Source of the DNA: Geosiphon pyriformis uo1
Lineage: Eukaryota; Fungi; Glomeromycota
Direction of reading: 5' to 3'
NCBI GenBank assembly: GCA_016748015.1
Contig: JAAOMT010000187.1
Location: 108,448-172,447 of the forward strand
DNA: 64,000 nt
Below are positions 25,979 through 41,349 of this stretch, one piece after another. How positions within the stretch are numbered: the first letter of the stretch is position 1; every line of letters begins with the position of its first letter. A model generated the notes under the pieces. That model was not told where the DNA came from, ran no database searches, and saw only the letters and a program-made list of their open reading frames with translations. Made by a program: the position numbers and the translations under genes.

Positions 25979-28900
25979 ATGAAGCTTAGAGAACTAAATC
26001 GCACAGCAACCTTTGCCTGGAGTCCAGGGCAACATTTACCCTTCATAGCTACTGGCACAGTCGCTGGTGCTCTTGATGCCTCCTTTTCCAATACTACTGA
26101 ACTTGAAATATTTGAACTTGATTTGCGGAAATCAGAGGCTGAACGGGAATTAAAACCTACCGGTATAGTAACTAGCAATGCGAGGTATTTTGAATTTTCA
26201 AATGATTCTTCCCAAATTTCTGGTTTCTTTCTCTGTCATTTTCACTGACTGGTTTTCCAGTAAATCTTTCTGATTCTATTTATTCACTTGTCTTCTTTTT
26301 TTCCAGGTTTGACCGTCTAGTTTGGGGTAACGCCGTCGATAAAACACATGGAATAATTGCTGGTGGAATGGAGAACGGAGAATTAGATTTATGGGATCCA
26401 GCGGTGATCCTTGAAGGTAGCGAGTGAGTAGTACGATTTTTTCTATTATTCTGTAATTCAGTTTGAAAAAAACCATTGATTCGTGTTTTCTCATAAAGTT
26501 CCGAAAAAGCACTGTTATTACGAAATAAACAGCATTCTGGAAATGTTCGAGGTTTACAGTTTAATCCGTTTCAAAGTAATTTACTGGGTTCTGCCGCGAC
26601 CAATGGCGAGGTGACTTATTAAAATCATTGACAAATTTTAATTTTTAAACATAGGTTTTCTTTACGAAACTAAATAACATGCTTTTTTTGATTATAGATC
26701 TTTATATGGGATTTGGCAAATCCTGACAAACCATATGGTCCTGGTACCCGTTCTCCAAAGTTAGAGGAAATCACTTGCTTGGCTTGGAATAACCAGGTGC
26801 AACATATTCTCGCCACGTCTTCCACAACTGGTTACACAGTAATATGGGATTTGAAGAATAAGAGAGAGGTGATGCATTTATCATACGCCGGCCCCGCCGC
26901 AACAATCGGAGGCGCTTATGGTATACCGCTTAACCATAGTTCCTTGGGAGGAGGAGGTAGAAGAGGCACCACTTCAGTCGCTTGGAATCCCGATGTGGTG
27001 AGTGCCTTGATTTATACTTGTATCGTCTGCACCTCCAACCACTCTTACTTCGTAATCAACGTCTTCTGATCTATTCTAGGCTACTCAATTAATTACCGCC
27101 TCTGAGGATGACAATAATCCCGTAATTCTTATATGGGATCTTAGAAATGCTCATGCCCCCGAAAAAGTAAGTTCTCATAATAAACGCACTTGTTCGCTTT
27201 CATCTGATTCAATCCAAATTTAATCTCCAATTTCCTTGCACCAGATTTTAACAGGACATCAAAAAGGTGTATTGGCACTTGCCTGGTGCCAAAAAGATGG
27301 TGAACTGTTGCTTTCTAGCGGCAAGGACAATAGAACTCTATGTTGGAACCCACGTACAAGTGAAATCATTGGAGAAGTAAATGAAACTCTATTTTAGATC
27401 CTGTTGTTTTACCAAATATTTTTTATTGACAAAACCCCCCCCCCCCCCTCACTATTCTTCAATATCTCAGCTTCCTCTCAGCTCGAACTGGACATTTGAT
27501 GTTCAATGGTGTCCAGGAAATCCAGATTTATTGGCCTCAGCATCTTTTGATGGAAAGGTAATTCATATATATATATATATATATATATACATCAACATTT
27601 TTTTTAATATGTTTTTTTCCAAAGAAAACTAAATTCATCCTTTAACTACTTTTAACCAAAGATCAGTGTTTATTCACTTCAATCTTCTCACGAGGTGAAA
27701 CCTCAAAAACCCGAGAATGATGACCCATTTGCACCCATTTCAACCCCATATCAACCCGTCCTCGCCCTCAAACACCCACCAAGATGGTTGAGGCGCCCTG
27801 TAGGGGCCTCATTTGGCTTTGGTGGGAAATTGGTATATTTCAATAATAGACACACCCCCGGGCAGATTGAGATCAATTATCGGGTCAGGATTTCTATCCC
27901 AGTTACAGAACCTGAAATTGTTCGACGTTCGATTGAGTTGGAGACATCAATTGAATCTAAAACACTAGCAAACCTCTGCGAGAACCGTGGGAAAGAAACA
28001 AATAATCACACTGAATCAGAAAATTGGAATGTGCTGCACACACTTTTTGATGAAAATGCCAGGGAACAAATGGTGAAACATCTGGGCTTCTCTAAAACAG
28101 ATATTGTTACCCAAATAACGGCTGCTATTAAAAATATCAACTTGAACACTGTATCAAAAAAAGATATTCATTTAAAGTCCGAAAGCATAACATCCCTTGA
28201 CGAGGGAGATTCTCTGCTTCACGATGATCCCTCCGAAGTTAAAACCACTTCGATTCAAGAAACAACGAACGAAAAGGATGGTGTCGATGCTCTTTTCTCA
28301 GGACCTTTTTCAGAAAATATCTCAGATGCTTCTAATTTGTTTAGCTCTGATACAATACAAAGCACCTTCCCTACTGGACCTTCCATTACAACGTTGACCG
28401 ATGAAATCTCGTTATCAAGTTTTAATTTTGGTGCTTTCAACATTTATCCTGCAGATGAATCTGAAATTGATAAGTTGATCACCAGATCGATTGTTTTAGG
28501 TGATTTCGAATCTGCGGTTAATCTTTGCTTGCAAGCAGATCGATTATCTGATGCACTGGTTTTGGCTGGTTTTGGTGGACCTGAACTCTTACAACGCACT
28601 CAAAAGATTTATTTTGACAAATGTGCCTCCACCGTACCTTACTTACGTCTACTTCAAAGTATAGTCTCTGGTGATTTATCAGACATTGTGAACAATGCAG
28701 ATTTAACTGAATGGCAAGAAATTGTGGTCGTTCTTTGTACATTTGCACGTGGAGAAGAATTTGGAGGCTTATGCAATGCATTAGGAAAACGATTAGAGGA
28801 ACAATATCTGAAGCTAAAAGCCTCTACGTCTTCGGAGGAAACGAAGAAAATAGCACTTGGCTATCGGCGGAGTGCTGTACTGTGTTACTTAGCCGCAGGA

Positions 28901-30962
28901 GATCTTGAGAATGTGGTAAATATTTGGATCGTCGAACAAGAAGAGGAAGAACAATACCAACTTACAAAGGTCGATCAAATCAACCAAAATATCAGTTCGT
29001 TTTACTCTTATCACGCCCAAACCTTGCAAAATTTGATCGAAAAGGTCACAGTTTTTCGAAAAGCCATTGATTATGTGGATCCTGCATTGATTCAAAATCA
29101 AGAGGGCTCGGAAACTGAATCACAAGGACGACAATTCAATTTAGCCCCTCTTTATAACAAATATGCCGAATATGCAGCAATATTGGCGGATCAGGGACGT
29201 TTATCCACAGCTCTCAAATATATAACATTAACACCACCTGATTACCAGAACATAGAAGCTAACGACAAGGATTATTCTTTGCAAATTTTGAGGGAACGAT
29301 TATTTAATTCTGGGATAGAAAATTTAAGTATAAAGCCACCCAAGTTTCCTTTTGAAAAGGTGTTTGTAGGGGCTGACGGTGAGCTCAATAGAACTACAGG
29401 CTCAGAAACGATTGCGTATCCTTATCCCCTAATGAAGACAAATATACCTCAAAACTACCACCCACAGCAATTAATAGAAACTCCTCAAACAAATTACTAT
29501 GATCAGCAGTATCTTTATAATCAATCAGCTCAAATTGGTAATATGCCTCCCTATCAAATCAACCAAACAACTTTACCACAAATACCACCTCCACAACCTT
29601 TACAACCTTTACAACCTTTACAACCTTTGCAACCTTTACAACCTTTGCAACAAAATCTACCTCCGATTGGTTATAATGCAAACATGGGTTACAATGTTCC
29701 TCCAGGTTTCCCAGTTGGTTATCCTCAACCGTTTCAAAATGCAAATGCTATCGCGCCAAATCCACCAAACATTCCTGTTGCCCCTTATCAAAATCCTAAG
29801 CCATTACCTGAAACAGATGTTTCAGGTGCCTTCAAAACGCAGGCCCGTAATTGGAACGATGCCCCAATGGTGTCAAATGCCTTGATGGCAAAAAGAACAG
29901 CACAAGCTCAAGTTAACAATAAAGTCCAACCACTTACATCCCCATTTCCAACTTCCACCTCTCCAGCTCCCAATCTCAATCCATCTATGCCGCCGCCACC
30001 ACCACCACAATATCATCCTAAACAAACCAAAATTCCTGGTCAAAATAGTTTTGATCCGCCGATTCGCGGGGGCCCACCTCCAGCAGGTTTATATCAGCAA
30101 GGCCCACATATCAATACTCAAAATGCGCCTGCCACTCCTTATCCCCCTAATCAAGCCGCCCGAATCTCCCCACCACCTCAAACACGTCCAACACAAGCGG
30201 CCCAAACTCATTATAGCCCTGGTCAATCAACTCCTACCCCACCCCCACCTGCTCCTATTCAACAAACATATGGATCTCATACAGCTTACACTAATCCGAA
30301 TCCTGGTTATGAAGCTTCCCAAATTCCTCAAAATACGATACCACCATCATCAATAGCACAACCTGGGAGAGCACCTACTCCGGCAAAAGCCCCCACACCT
30401 GTTAGAAAACATAGCAAGTGTTGTAATAAATTTGCATTATGATAAATGAAAGCCTCTAAAATGTCATGTTTTTTAGCTATCGGTGATCGAACTCATATTC
30501 CCAGCTTGCATAAGCCTATTTACGATGTTCTTGGTCATGAACTGCTGAAAGCAAGACAAACTTTTGGGGTTAGTTTTATTTTTTTCATTTTCAATATTCT
30601 TAAAAACCGAAACCAAACATATCCAATCTCCTAGGCAAATCCAAGTCAAAAGAAAATAGTGGACGACACTGAAAAGCGGCTAAATCTCCTTTTCGAAGAA
30701 TTAAACAATGAAGAGCTTTCACAACCAGTTATTGATGCACTATTGCGCCTAGTGGATGGTAAGACAAGCTATTGTATATTAGACGCAAAACTTTGAAGGA
30801 TTCAAAGTCCCTAAATTCCCATTCGATTATTTTCTAGCATTAAAACGGGGAGACTATACCACTGGCATCAACATTCAGATCGAATTAATGACTACTAAAT
30901 TTCAAGAGTGCAGTAAGTGGGTAGTAGGTTTGAAAAGACTTATGGAAATGTTAAAAACTTAG
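25979..30962 (+). CDS. SEC31: Protein transport protein Sec31 (COPII outer coat): WD40 propeller, ACE1 helical domain, Pro-rich region, C-terminal helical domain; 11 exons, ~1377 aa
   Basis: N-terminus [16 protein letters not shown]...GALDASFS; [20 protein letters not shown]; WND motif; GDRTHIP; C-terminal WVVGLKRL. Exons 25979-26184, 26307-26423, 26499-26610, 26698-26997, 27080-27166, 27245-27376, 27471-27557, 27662-30413, 30477-30568, 30635-30758, 30838-30962 join in frame (4134 nt). Confidence 0.96.
29594..29647 (+). repeat. Coding 9-bp tandem repeat (CAACCTTTR)x6 = (QPL)6 in the Sec31 Pro-rich region
   Basis: Read directly from the sequence. Confidence 0.9.
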
Positions 30963-31099
30963 AAACTTGTTTGTTTTTGAAAATATTTATATACGTAAAA
31001 ATTTTTGACAATCCTATTCCGATTTTTGTTTGGTCAATTAGCTTCAAATCTTGAAATGATAAATCAGAGCAATCATTTTCAAAAAAATTAATTTTGGTA

Positions 31100-34000
31100 T
31101 GAAATCTCATGAAAAACCTAGTTAGGAAGTTTGTATTTAAATTCGAAAAATAGAAAGTGAATTAAAAAACTTATTAAATAAAATTAAGGATTTGTAAATT
31201 AATAAATCTTTGATTTTTTTTAAATAGATATTTAATTTTTTATATTTGGTAATAAATTTTATTCAACAAAATAAATTTAATAAATTAATGTCAAAAAACA
31301 TGTAAATGGTAATATTAAGATTGTTATATTATCAACTTATTTAATTTAATTATTAAAACTGTAATATATATTACATAATAAAGTTATAACAAATTTTGGC
31401 TTAACAAAAAATTACAAAGTTTATAGTAGTTTAAATTAAAATAAAGTGTTTTTACTATTGCTTTAGAAAAATTTTTATGATCTATTTATGTGTATAAAAA
31501 TTAAGAACCAAACTTAATTATATAAGTACTATATAAATTTAAAATTCATAACTAAGATAAGTTAAATAAAAGCAACAGTTAATTACTTTTTATTTTTTAC
31601 TACTAGCACTTTTATAGATAATATTATTTGAATAAGCAATTTTTAAATAACTTTACAATATATTTTAAATATAATTAATAAGTTTTTTCAAATTAATATT
31701 TTTATTAACATTAAAAAAACTGTAATTATTTTTATTAATTATTAAGTAAAGTTTTTTAGTTTGTACATTTGCAGAATGTCTATTTTAATTGTTAAAAAAG
31801 AAAAAATATACAAATATTTAGATATATTTAGTTAATAAATAAAATATTTAATCTTAATTTAAAAAATATATATATTAATATTAAGTTTTTTATAAATATA
31901 GTATTAAAAAAAACTATATTTAATAAACAGTTTTTATATTTGATTTTAGTTGTTTTATAACTGATTATTATTTATTATATTTAATTTTATTTTATAGTTA
32001 AACAAATATGTATTAAATAAAACTTAATTATTAGAAAAAATTTAAAATTTAAGACTAATTTGCCAAAAATATTTTTATTAATATTATATATTATTTTTTG
32101 TTATATGATTTTAAATCTTTAAACAAATTTAATTAAAAAGTAAAATAGCAAATTTAATAATATTAATTAATACAACTAAGATTCTTAAATAGCTTTTTAT
32201 TTATTATACTATAAATTTGTAAATTATATATTAGATTTTATAATATTTATTGTTAATTTTGCAAATTTTTTAACTGGTATAACTAATAAGTTGTCTATAA
32301 TATTTTGGTTAAAAAAAATAATTTTAATGTTAGATGTTTTAAGTACTTTAACTTATTTTAAATTGATTTAATTTCTAAAAAAATTTAATATTGTTTCTAT
32401 TAATTAGTTTTTAAACTATTATAATTTCTGTTTTACTTGAAAAAAATTTTGGTATTGGAAAAAATTAGATCTTAAAATTTTAATTTTTGTTTGTTTTAAT
32501 ATCTTTATTGTGTTTATTTTTAATAATAATTTTATTAATATTACAAATAATTTCTAAATTATTTAATTTTTTATAATTTAATGCTTAAAATGATTAATTT
32601 TTTAATTTAAAAATTTTTAAAAATTTTGGTATTAAAATTAATTGTATAATAGACAAAAATTCAATATTAATAGTAAATAATACTTAATATTTAACTTTTT
32701 TAAAATAACTAATTTATTTTGGTGTTTTTTATTTTTTTATTAAACAATTTTAGTTTTTTTAGTTATATTTTATATTCTTTTTTGGTGTTTTTTATTAAGC
32801 AATTTTTGATGTTACAATCTCAATATTTTTTCTTAATTAATTAGTAAACACAAAACAAACAAAATAAATAAATAAATAAATAAAAATTGAAAATTGGTAT
32901 TTTGTTAATAACTATAATTAAAAATTATTGTTTTATTATTGTTTATAATATTGAATTAATACTATTAATATTAATAAGATAAATATGAATTTATAAAATT
33001 ATATTTAAATAATATAATTTAATAAATTTATTTAAATAATTATAAACTATAAAGTTACTTAATAAAATAAAAACTAAACTTGTTTTTAATTTAGCTTATC
33101 TGTTTTTTTCGTTTTTAATATTTTTGTTGTATATATATAAATTTTTACAATTTTTTTGAGTTATTATTAAAATTTCTAATATTTTTGTTAATATTTTTGG
33201 AATTTTTAATATTATATGCTTTAATAATTTATACTTTGTTATTGGTTATTTATTTATGTTTTTTTGTTTTTTTTGTTTTATTTCACAAGTAATAATATAT
33301 ATATTTTTTAATATTAAGCTCTAATATATTTTTTTTTGGATAAATTTAAGTACTTTTTTTTATTATAATATTAAAAATTTCAGTTTTTGAAATTTTAAAC
33401 TGTAAATTAATTATTTTTCTAGTTGGTTTGCTGTTAATATTTTTATAGCTAAATATAATAATATTTTATTATATTTATAAAAAATTACATATAATTAATA
33501 TACTGTTTTTAAGTAGATTATTAAATTGGTTTTTAATAATATTCTATTTGTTATACTATTTTTTGTTAAAGATTTTCTTAAATCTATTAATGTACTAAAT
33601 AGTGATTGGGTTTTACTTAATAAATGCATTAATAAAAAAAAGATCTGTTAGTATATAATATCTGAATATTTAACTATTATATTAAGTAATAATAATAATA
33701 ATATATTATCAAAATTTGTTTTTTTTTAATTTTTTTAGTCTTTTTTTATTAGTTTTTTAAATTAAATAACTGTTAGTAGATTTTTTATAATTTTTTTTAC
33801 TTTTTTATAATTTTTTTTATATAGTTATTTACTTGTATTTGTAATTTTTTGTATAAAACTATTTATGTTGTTTTTTTTAAGTATTTTTATAACAAATTTT
33901 TTGATTATTAACAGTAATTTTTATGTTTAACTTTTTATTTTTTAGTACTTAAACAAATATTAAATAATTAAGTAAATATTATTTGTAATTTTTATTTTTG

Positions 34001-34700
34001 GTGGTTATTTTGTTATATTTGAGTAATATTTATATATATTTTTTAGTTTTATAATATGCTAACTTTAATAATAATAATTGGTTCTAAATCTTGTAAAATA
34101 TTATTTAATTTAATTAATATTTTTTGTGTTTTTAATTATAATATGCTAAGTATTAATAAAACTTTGTTATAATATATTTTTAATTAATTATTATGTACTA
34201 TTTTAATTAAAATTTTGTTTTCTAATTATAATTTATATGTTATTACAGAAAAGTTTTCTTGGTATACTTTAATTGTTAATATTCCGTTTTAATTGTAATC
34301 AGTCTCTTATGAGTTCCTCAATTTTTATGTGTTGAATATTAATAATAATGTATTGAAGGTTTTTTCTTAATATTGTGATATAAGTTTTCTCTTTAATTTT
34401 AGTTGTCTTTGTATGTTGTGTACTTCTTTTCAGAGGCTAATCTAAAATCTACTTACTGTTTAGGATCTTCTCTAAGACTATTTTTACAATTGCCTGATAT
34501 GTTTCTTTAATCTAGAAACACAGAATGTTAATGATCTTTTCACAATTTTTCTAAATATATAATAAAGTTTTTTCAATTTAATTAGTAATTACATGAATAA
34601 TCTTGATCAAAAATTATTTTTCAAAGAGTTTAAAGATAGAATGATAGTTTCATTTGCTAGAAAAAATATGTGAATTCTATTGTTAATTTTGTAATTATGA
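31100..34700. other. AT desert containing nearly erased repeat relics
   Basis: Very high A+T. A LINE-type 3' tail remnant is recognisable at ~33590-33641 (TAGTGATTGGGTTTTACTTAATAAA...AATAAAAAAA). Confidence 0.5.
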
Positions 34701-34749
34701 TGTTAATTCCATTTATTATTTTTATTAATTTTTTTTGAATAAAATTTTA

Positions 34750-37700
34750 ATGTTGGCATCAAGTCTAATGAGTCTAAAAAAAAAAAGAGGTGGTGCTTTG
34801 GAGGATAATATAAGTAATAAGAAAATTGTTACTGCTAAAGTGTCAAGTGGTCGTTTATGGGGTTCTAAAACAGGCAATACTACTGAATCAGATAGTGTGG
34901 ACATGGAGGAAGAGTTCTTAGTTGAGGAGACCAGTTTTGATCATGATAAAAGTGGTATTATTGCTGGTAGAGACTTAGAACAAACTCCTAAGAGCTCGAA
35001 AATTCAAACTAAGAAAGCGCTTGGCAAACTGCTGGGGAAGATTGATTTTTTGGGTGGTAATGATGATGATGACATTCTCTTGGACAAACCTGTAGTTCTC
35101 CTCCCCCCTTTGAAAAATTTGATCAATGTTTCTGTTAGAAAAATTTTTACTCTGGACATTAGTTTGGACAATGTTGTTGGGAAATCCACTCAGGAAAATC
35201 TTGTGGTGGTCAGGAAACTATTTTCAAAAATCAATGGTTTTGGGGAGGTCTCTACCCCCTCAAAATTTGCTGGGATTGTCAGAGTGACGTTTATTTCTGA
35301 AGTGAGTTTGATAAAAGTTACCAAGTTGGCCACTGATACAAAGATTCTAGTAAATACCAATTTTAAGAAATCATTTGGGTGTTCAGATCAGGCTGTGATG
35401 GTGAAAGAAATTCCTGTTGGGATATTGGTTAAGACTGTGCACACTGCATTTTTCAAATTTGGGATAATTAAATCAGTCAAGATACAACTAGTGGGCCTAT
35501 GACAGAAAGCATTTATCAAATTTAAAGATCAAAATCAGGCTGATCTTTTGGCTTCCAGATGGTTTATCCTTATTGGAAAAGATGCTGTTCATGTGGCCAG
35601 AGCCAATCTTGATAAACAAACATGAGACTCTAGGAATCTGCATAAGATACTGCTTTATACTCTTCTTATGAGAACCAATGCTCATGATATTTGGAATTAT
35701 ATTGGCTCTGTAAGTGGGAAGACTTGTGTGATTGATCATCATCCAATCACATATGCTCGAGCCAGGTGTGTTATTGTTTGTTTTGGGTCAGCTGAGTCAT
35801 TGGATGCTGTCATGGGTACTACTCTTATGTTAAGAGGTGCTTATCTTCATTGGTCTTATCTTGATTCTGTTGCATGTACAAAGTGTAATAAGGTGGGTTA
35901 CACTTTTCTGAGTTGTGCTTTTGGTAAGAAGATTTCTTCTGGTAGCTTGTCATGTTGGGTTCTTACAAATGCAGATAAAAACAGACTGGCAGCTATTTAC
36001 GCCAAATGTTCAGTGCCAGTCTCTCACTCTGTCTTTTTTGGTGGTGTTTCATGGGCCAAAATTGTTGTTGGGTCTTCCTTTTTCTCTTTCTCTGTTTGAA
36101 ATGTTTTGTTGAATAATGGCTTTTCTTCGGAGATGAAGCCTATCCCACATGTGTCTCTGGTGTTGAATAATAGGTTTGCCACTCTTGAGCACAGTTTTGC
36201 CAGCCTCGCAGAGCACATGGATGAGCTGGTTAAGAGATTGGACACACCTGGACCAATGGTTTTCCAGCTTAGCCCTGGATGTCAGCCATTGATGATCCTT
36301 TCATTACAGAATTAAGGGGCGGATATAGTGATGAGTGAGGGTTCGGGTGTGGTCACTGGTGGTAAGACTGTTGTAGGAGTGGTGGTTTTTGATCCTGCAG
36401 TTATATTAAAAATGGAGAAAACATTGAACAATTTTTCAATCACAGTTATAAGTCTTTTGGCTAAAATGAACAATGCTGGTTCAGTTTCTGCTGTTCATTT
36501 TTCTCAATGATGGATTTGGTTTGGAAAATTGTTATGTGCAATGTTTGAGATATCAATGTTTCTGCTAAGCAGGAAGACATTGTTTGTTGGCATAGGAAAT
36601 CAGGAAATTTGGTCTCGATTGTTACAGAAACAAAATTAAGGTCTAGCTATAGGCTGTGGATTAAGGATAGATTTGATGGTGTTTGGGTTTTTACTTCTGG
36701 TTTAAACACGAGTTTTCTTGGTGCTGGGGTGGCCATAATCATGAACATCTCTCTGGCTCATCATGTGTGTAAAATTTCTGAGGTGCTTAGTTGGCTCTTT
36801 TCTATCAAGTTGCTTTTCAAAAATAAGCTGTTAGTGTTAATTTTGGGGCTTTATACTGGTGCTTCTCTGGCTGTTTGTTTCACTTAAACAGGTAAAGTTA
36901 ACTCTTTGATTGCAAAGGCTGTAAATGAGTCCTCTTTTGTTATCTTGGATGGTAATTTCAATGAAGATGAATTTCACAAATACACTAATTTCAAGAAATG
37001 CTCTGATTTTGGTCTGATCAACTCTTTGGGTAAGAGCTTATTCATGAAGGTACTGACATGGAGCAATTCTCAAGGTGTCTCAAAAACAATTAATTACATG
37101 TTTGTTTCTTCAAGTTTGGCCAATGCAGTTGTGCATCATGCTGTTTTGAATGTTAGTGAACATTTTGACACTGATTATCAAGCTGTTTTTGTGTTCATGG
37201 GCTTGAGTGGCTTGTTGGATGTGTGATTGAATTTTCTTCACAAGCAAGTGAATAAAGATTGTTGGAAGTTTAATTTTAAGGGTGCTGATGATACAATATA
37301 GACCAGATTTAAAGATGCTTCAGCAGCTAATGCCACCATGTTCTTTGATGATTTTATTGTTTTTGAGCAATTCTCAGATTTGGATGTGATATAGGATACT
37401 GTTCACAAGTTTGTTACATTGTCAGCTAATGAAATATTCAAAAAGAAATGGTTTAAAGACTTTGGTCACATCTTTATCAAAGAATCTTCGAAGTTTTATA
37501 GATTAGAACTTTTGGTTTCAAAGATTGTTAGGGCTTTTCATAGAGCTGTTGTTGATGGTTTTGTTTCTCTTATAAAGTATTGGTGTTCTCTGGACAGTAC
37601 TAAGACTTTGGTTATTTAGGATTTAGTGGACTCTGGTGCAACTTTTGATCATGTTTGTTCAGCTTTCTGTATCATCAGAAAATCTTATAGTGTGCTAAAA

Positions 37701-40700
37701 TGTGTGAAATCTCTGAAAGCCAAGAAAGCGAACATTAGGTCTGTTATAGATAAAAAAATGGAGAGCTTTAAAACAAATAAGGGTCATACTATCAGAAGTG
37801 TATTGAAGTGTCCATTTTACAAGGTGGTGTTTGACCATCTAGTTGTCAATGATGAGCTGGTTCTAGAGTTTAGTTTGGTTAAGTCTAAGATGAATGCAAT
37901 TATGAAGAGTTGGACTCAGAAATGTCAAATTGTCTCTGATGTTTTTAGTGAGTGGCATTGTCAATATCAGCCTTTGGAATATGTTTTTGATAGAGCTTTT
38001 TCTGGTGTAATGTGTTCAATTGGATTTTATGAATTTTTTGGGGTGGTGTCTAATCTACCTGATGGCAAAGCTGCCAGTCTCTTGGATATCTCAAATGAAC
38101 TTTGGAAGCATTGTGATAAATCTGTTCTGGACATGCTCTTGGTACTTTTGAATTCATGTTTGGTTGGTAGATCTGTGCCCAGTTCTTGGAAAGAGGCTTG
38201 GGTCTTGATGATTTCTAAGTGGGAAAACATTCTGACAAATACTTGTCCTATTGCTTTGATTGAGATGGCTCACAAGATTCTTTTCAAGATTCTCTCTGAT
38301 AGAATCTCCTCAGCTTGTAGTACTTTTGATGTTCTTTGTGGGAATAATTTTTTGGTTTTGAAGGGCACAACAATTCAGTCTCTTATTTTTGTGATCAGGT
38401 CAGTTATTGAAGATGCTTTGGAGAAAGACTGGAAGCTCTGACTAGTTCTGCAGGACATGTAGAAGGCATATAATTCAATAGGCTGGGAACATCTTGAGAA
38501 AAGTTTAGTCAGGATTAAGATGTGTGACAGATTCATTTGATTTTTTGGTAGTATTCATAGAAATTGTATCAACCAAGTTATGATGGACTTTGGTTTAACG
38601 AATGGTTATCATATACATGATGGACTAGATCAAGAAGAGGTTTTTTCCTTCCTTTTGTAACACATATTTTATGATCCTCTGTTGTGTGAAGTCAAACATC
38701 AGGAGAGTGTGTGTGGATACAGAATCAATTCTCACTTTATTTCCAAAAGTGGTTGTACTGAATCTCAGGCTGGATTTTCTTTTTTTTTGCTGCTGGTGCC
38801 TTTATTAACAATATGATTTGGGTTGGCAACAGTCAGAATACTACCCAACACATTCTTGATGTTGTTAGTAAATTTTTCCAGATTAATAACATTTCAATCA
38901 ATAATAACAAAACTGTAGCCATTCCCATTAATAATAAAGTCAGCCACCCATCTCTTTTTATTAGTGGTTTGCTCATTTCTGTGGCCCGTAAAGAAAAATC
39001 TCATCAGTATCTTGGTATTTTTCTGTCGACTGAGGGTCTTTCTAAGCCTAGTTTGACTAAAGCACATTTGGACATTTGTTTCTTCACTAATTTGGTCTTG
39101 AAAAAAGCTGTTTCAGATAAGCAGTTTTTCATTTTATAATTGGTTATAAAATACAGTTTAGCTTTGTTTCTATTAGTGTTTGCAACAAGTGGGATGCTTT
39201 AATTTGCAAGGGCTTAAAGCTGAAATCTGGTCTTCTGCTTGATTTTTCTGGTAATACTATTTACTATCCTTCTTTTTATGATTTAAAGTCTTTTTTACAA
39301 TGTCAGTCTGAGAGTAAGATTGCTTCACTTATCAGTTTCACAAACTCTGGTAGAATTCTGGGTCATTTGTTTAGTCACAGGTTTCATAACTTGCAAGTTC
39401 TATGTTGGTGCTCCCTCCATCCATTGAGTTTTCCTGCTTGTATTTATGTCAGTGCTTCTAATAATTTTTTGTTAGGTATGGTTTGCATTCTTCATGACTG
39501 CAATTTGTCTTTGGGTGGCTCTTTGACCAGCTCTTTTTGATTTCGTGATGGGGTGCCTATATCTACTGTTCTGGGCAAGTCTTTGTTTTTCAAGTTTTTG
39601 CTTTCTCTCTGGCATTATGACATAGCCTTTATGAACCAGTTTCATGATCATCATGGTAATGTCTTTAACTGGTGCATCTTTAAGCAATGGAAGAAACTAG
39701 ATCTTTGTGGGCCAGTTCTTGATTAGTTCAAGCTCTCTGTAGTATTTCTCATTGGTCTGCCCTTTTCTTTTCCAGCTTTGGGTAGTGTTGACTCTCTGAA
39801 CATTTGCGGGTCCAGTGATTTTTTGTCTGTTTGCAATCATCTTTCTCAGGTTGGCTCTGATAGTTTGTCTGTTTATACAGATAGTTCTTTCAAGAATTTG
39901 GACACAATTGGTTGTTGGGCTGGTGCTGCTGTCTTTTTTGAGGACATTAATTTGGGTTTGAGTATTAGTGTTCATGGTTTGGTATTATCTACTTTGGCAG
40001 AGTTACAGACTATTATCTTGGCCCTGGAGTGTATACCCAGGTCTTGCTCTGTTTGCTTGTTTTTAGATAGTCAAGCTGCTTTGGATGCTTGTAAATTGAA
40101 GCTAAATTTGATGCATTCTGATTTTTGCAATTGGTGTTGGGTCAAGCATCAGCATATTAACAATATTATTTGCAGTAAGAACTTAAAGGTCACTTGGTGC
40201 AAGGTCAAGAGCCACTTTAGCATTTTGGGAAATGACTGTGCTGACAGTCTTGCTGACACTTCTTTTTTCTCTGGGTGGTTTCTTTCTTCTTACATTGGTG
40301 AACATTTTTTGGTGGCCAATGGTGGTACAGTCTCTGGTAATTCTAGGCACTTTGTTCAGGATGTGTTTCGTGCTGTTTATCATGTACATTGGAAGGTTGG
40401 TTCTGGTTCTGGTTTTTTGGTGGGTGGTTTGCTTTTAGATGTTAATTGGCTCAGCTTTTCTCAGGTATGACATCTTAATTTGCATATGGCCATGGGTTTT
40501 ACCAGCAGGTGCATTGCTAATACTTGTACCTACTTTGCACCATCAACTTCCTATAGCTGTTCGAAAATGTCTCTATAATAAGTGCTATTTCAGTGTTCTA
40601 TGCTTGTATTGTGGGGAGGTGGAAATGTCTGATTATGTGTTTTCTTGCACAATCAATATTTCTGCTTATCACAAGATTTTGGAGTTCTGTGCATCCTCTT

Positions 40701-41278
40701 GAAAGGAACTTTCTGGTCATTCTCTTCCTCTCTTGAGTGTTTTGCAGCTGTTGTCATCTTGTGCTTTGGATTTTTTGGTGTTCTCAGCTATTTTTAAGGA
40801 TTTTGTTTTCAATGGGTGGTTTTCAGAGACTGTTTCTGTCTTCCATGATTCCAAAGTAGCTAGAATTAAAGTTGCTGAGTTTGTGCACTCTCTTTGTCTC
40901 ACTTTCAGAGATAATATTTGGGTGGTTTATGCTAAGCATTGCGTTTTTATGGAGAAACATAGGCTGATCCCAATAAATGGTTTAGCTCCCATCTCAGTTT
41001 CTGTCTTAGCTTTAAAGTTTTCAGCTGGTGTGATTAAATTGCTTGGGATTTCTGAAGCTTTTGGTGTCTATTTTGGCTTTCACAAATCTTGTTTGTTTTT
41101 TTTAAGTATTAGTACCTTGGTTTCGGTTGATATATCTGCATAGTGTTGTCCTGACTGGTTCAAGTGGCTGGTCATGTGTAGTAAACACATGATTCATGCT
41201 TAGTTTAAATCATTTCTTTGATGTATAGTTCTAAATGGTGTTTGGACTTTGCTTATTAAGTGTTAATAAAAAAAAAAA
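34750..41278 (+). mobile_element. Near full-length LINE A (ORF1 to 36510; ORF2 36507-41143 APE-RT-RNase H-CCHC; 3' tail, polyA), inactivated
   Basis: APE motifs; RT PIALIE, QDM*KAYNS, GLDQEEVFS; RNase H VYTDSS...AELQ...DSQAA...KVKSH...GNDCAD; CLYCGEVE; polyA 41268-41278. Confidence 0.95.
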
Positions 41279-41349
41279 TTTTTTTAATTATAATAGTTTA
41301 ATTTTCAATATTATTTCTTATTTTTTTTATTTAAAAATTTTTGTAGTTA

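Noticed and set aside
27434-27590. Poly-C and (TA)n tracts in SEC31 introns
   Set aside because: Ordinary intronic microsatellites.
27695-30442. 915-aa ORF as an independent gene
   Set aside because: It is SEC31 exon 8. The GTG 'start' is internal, and the last codons read into an intron.
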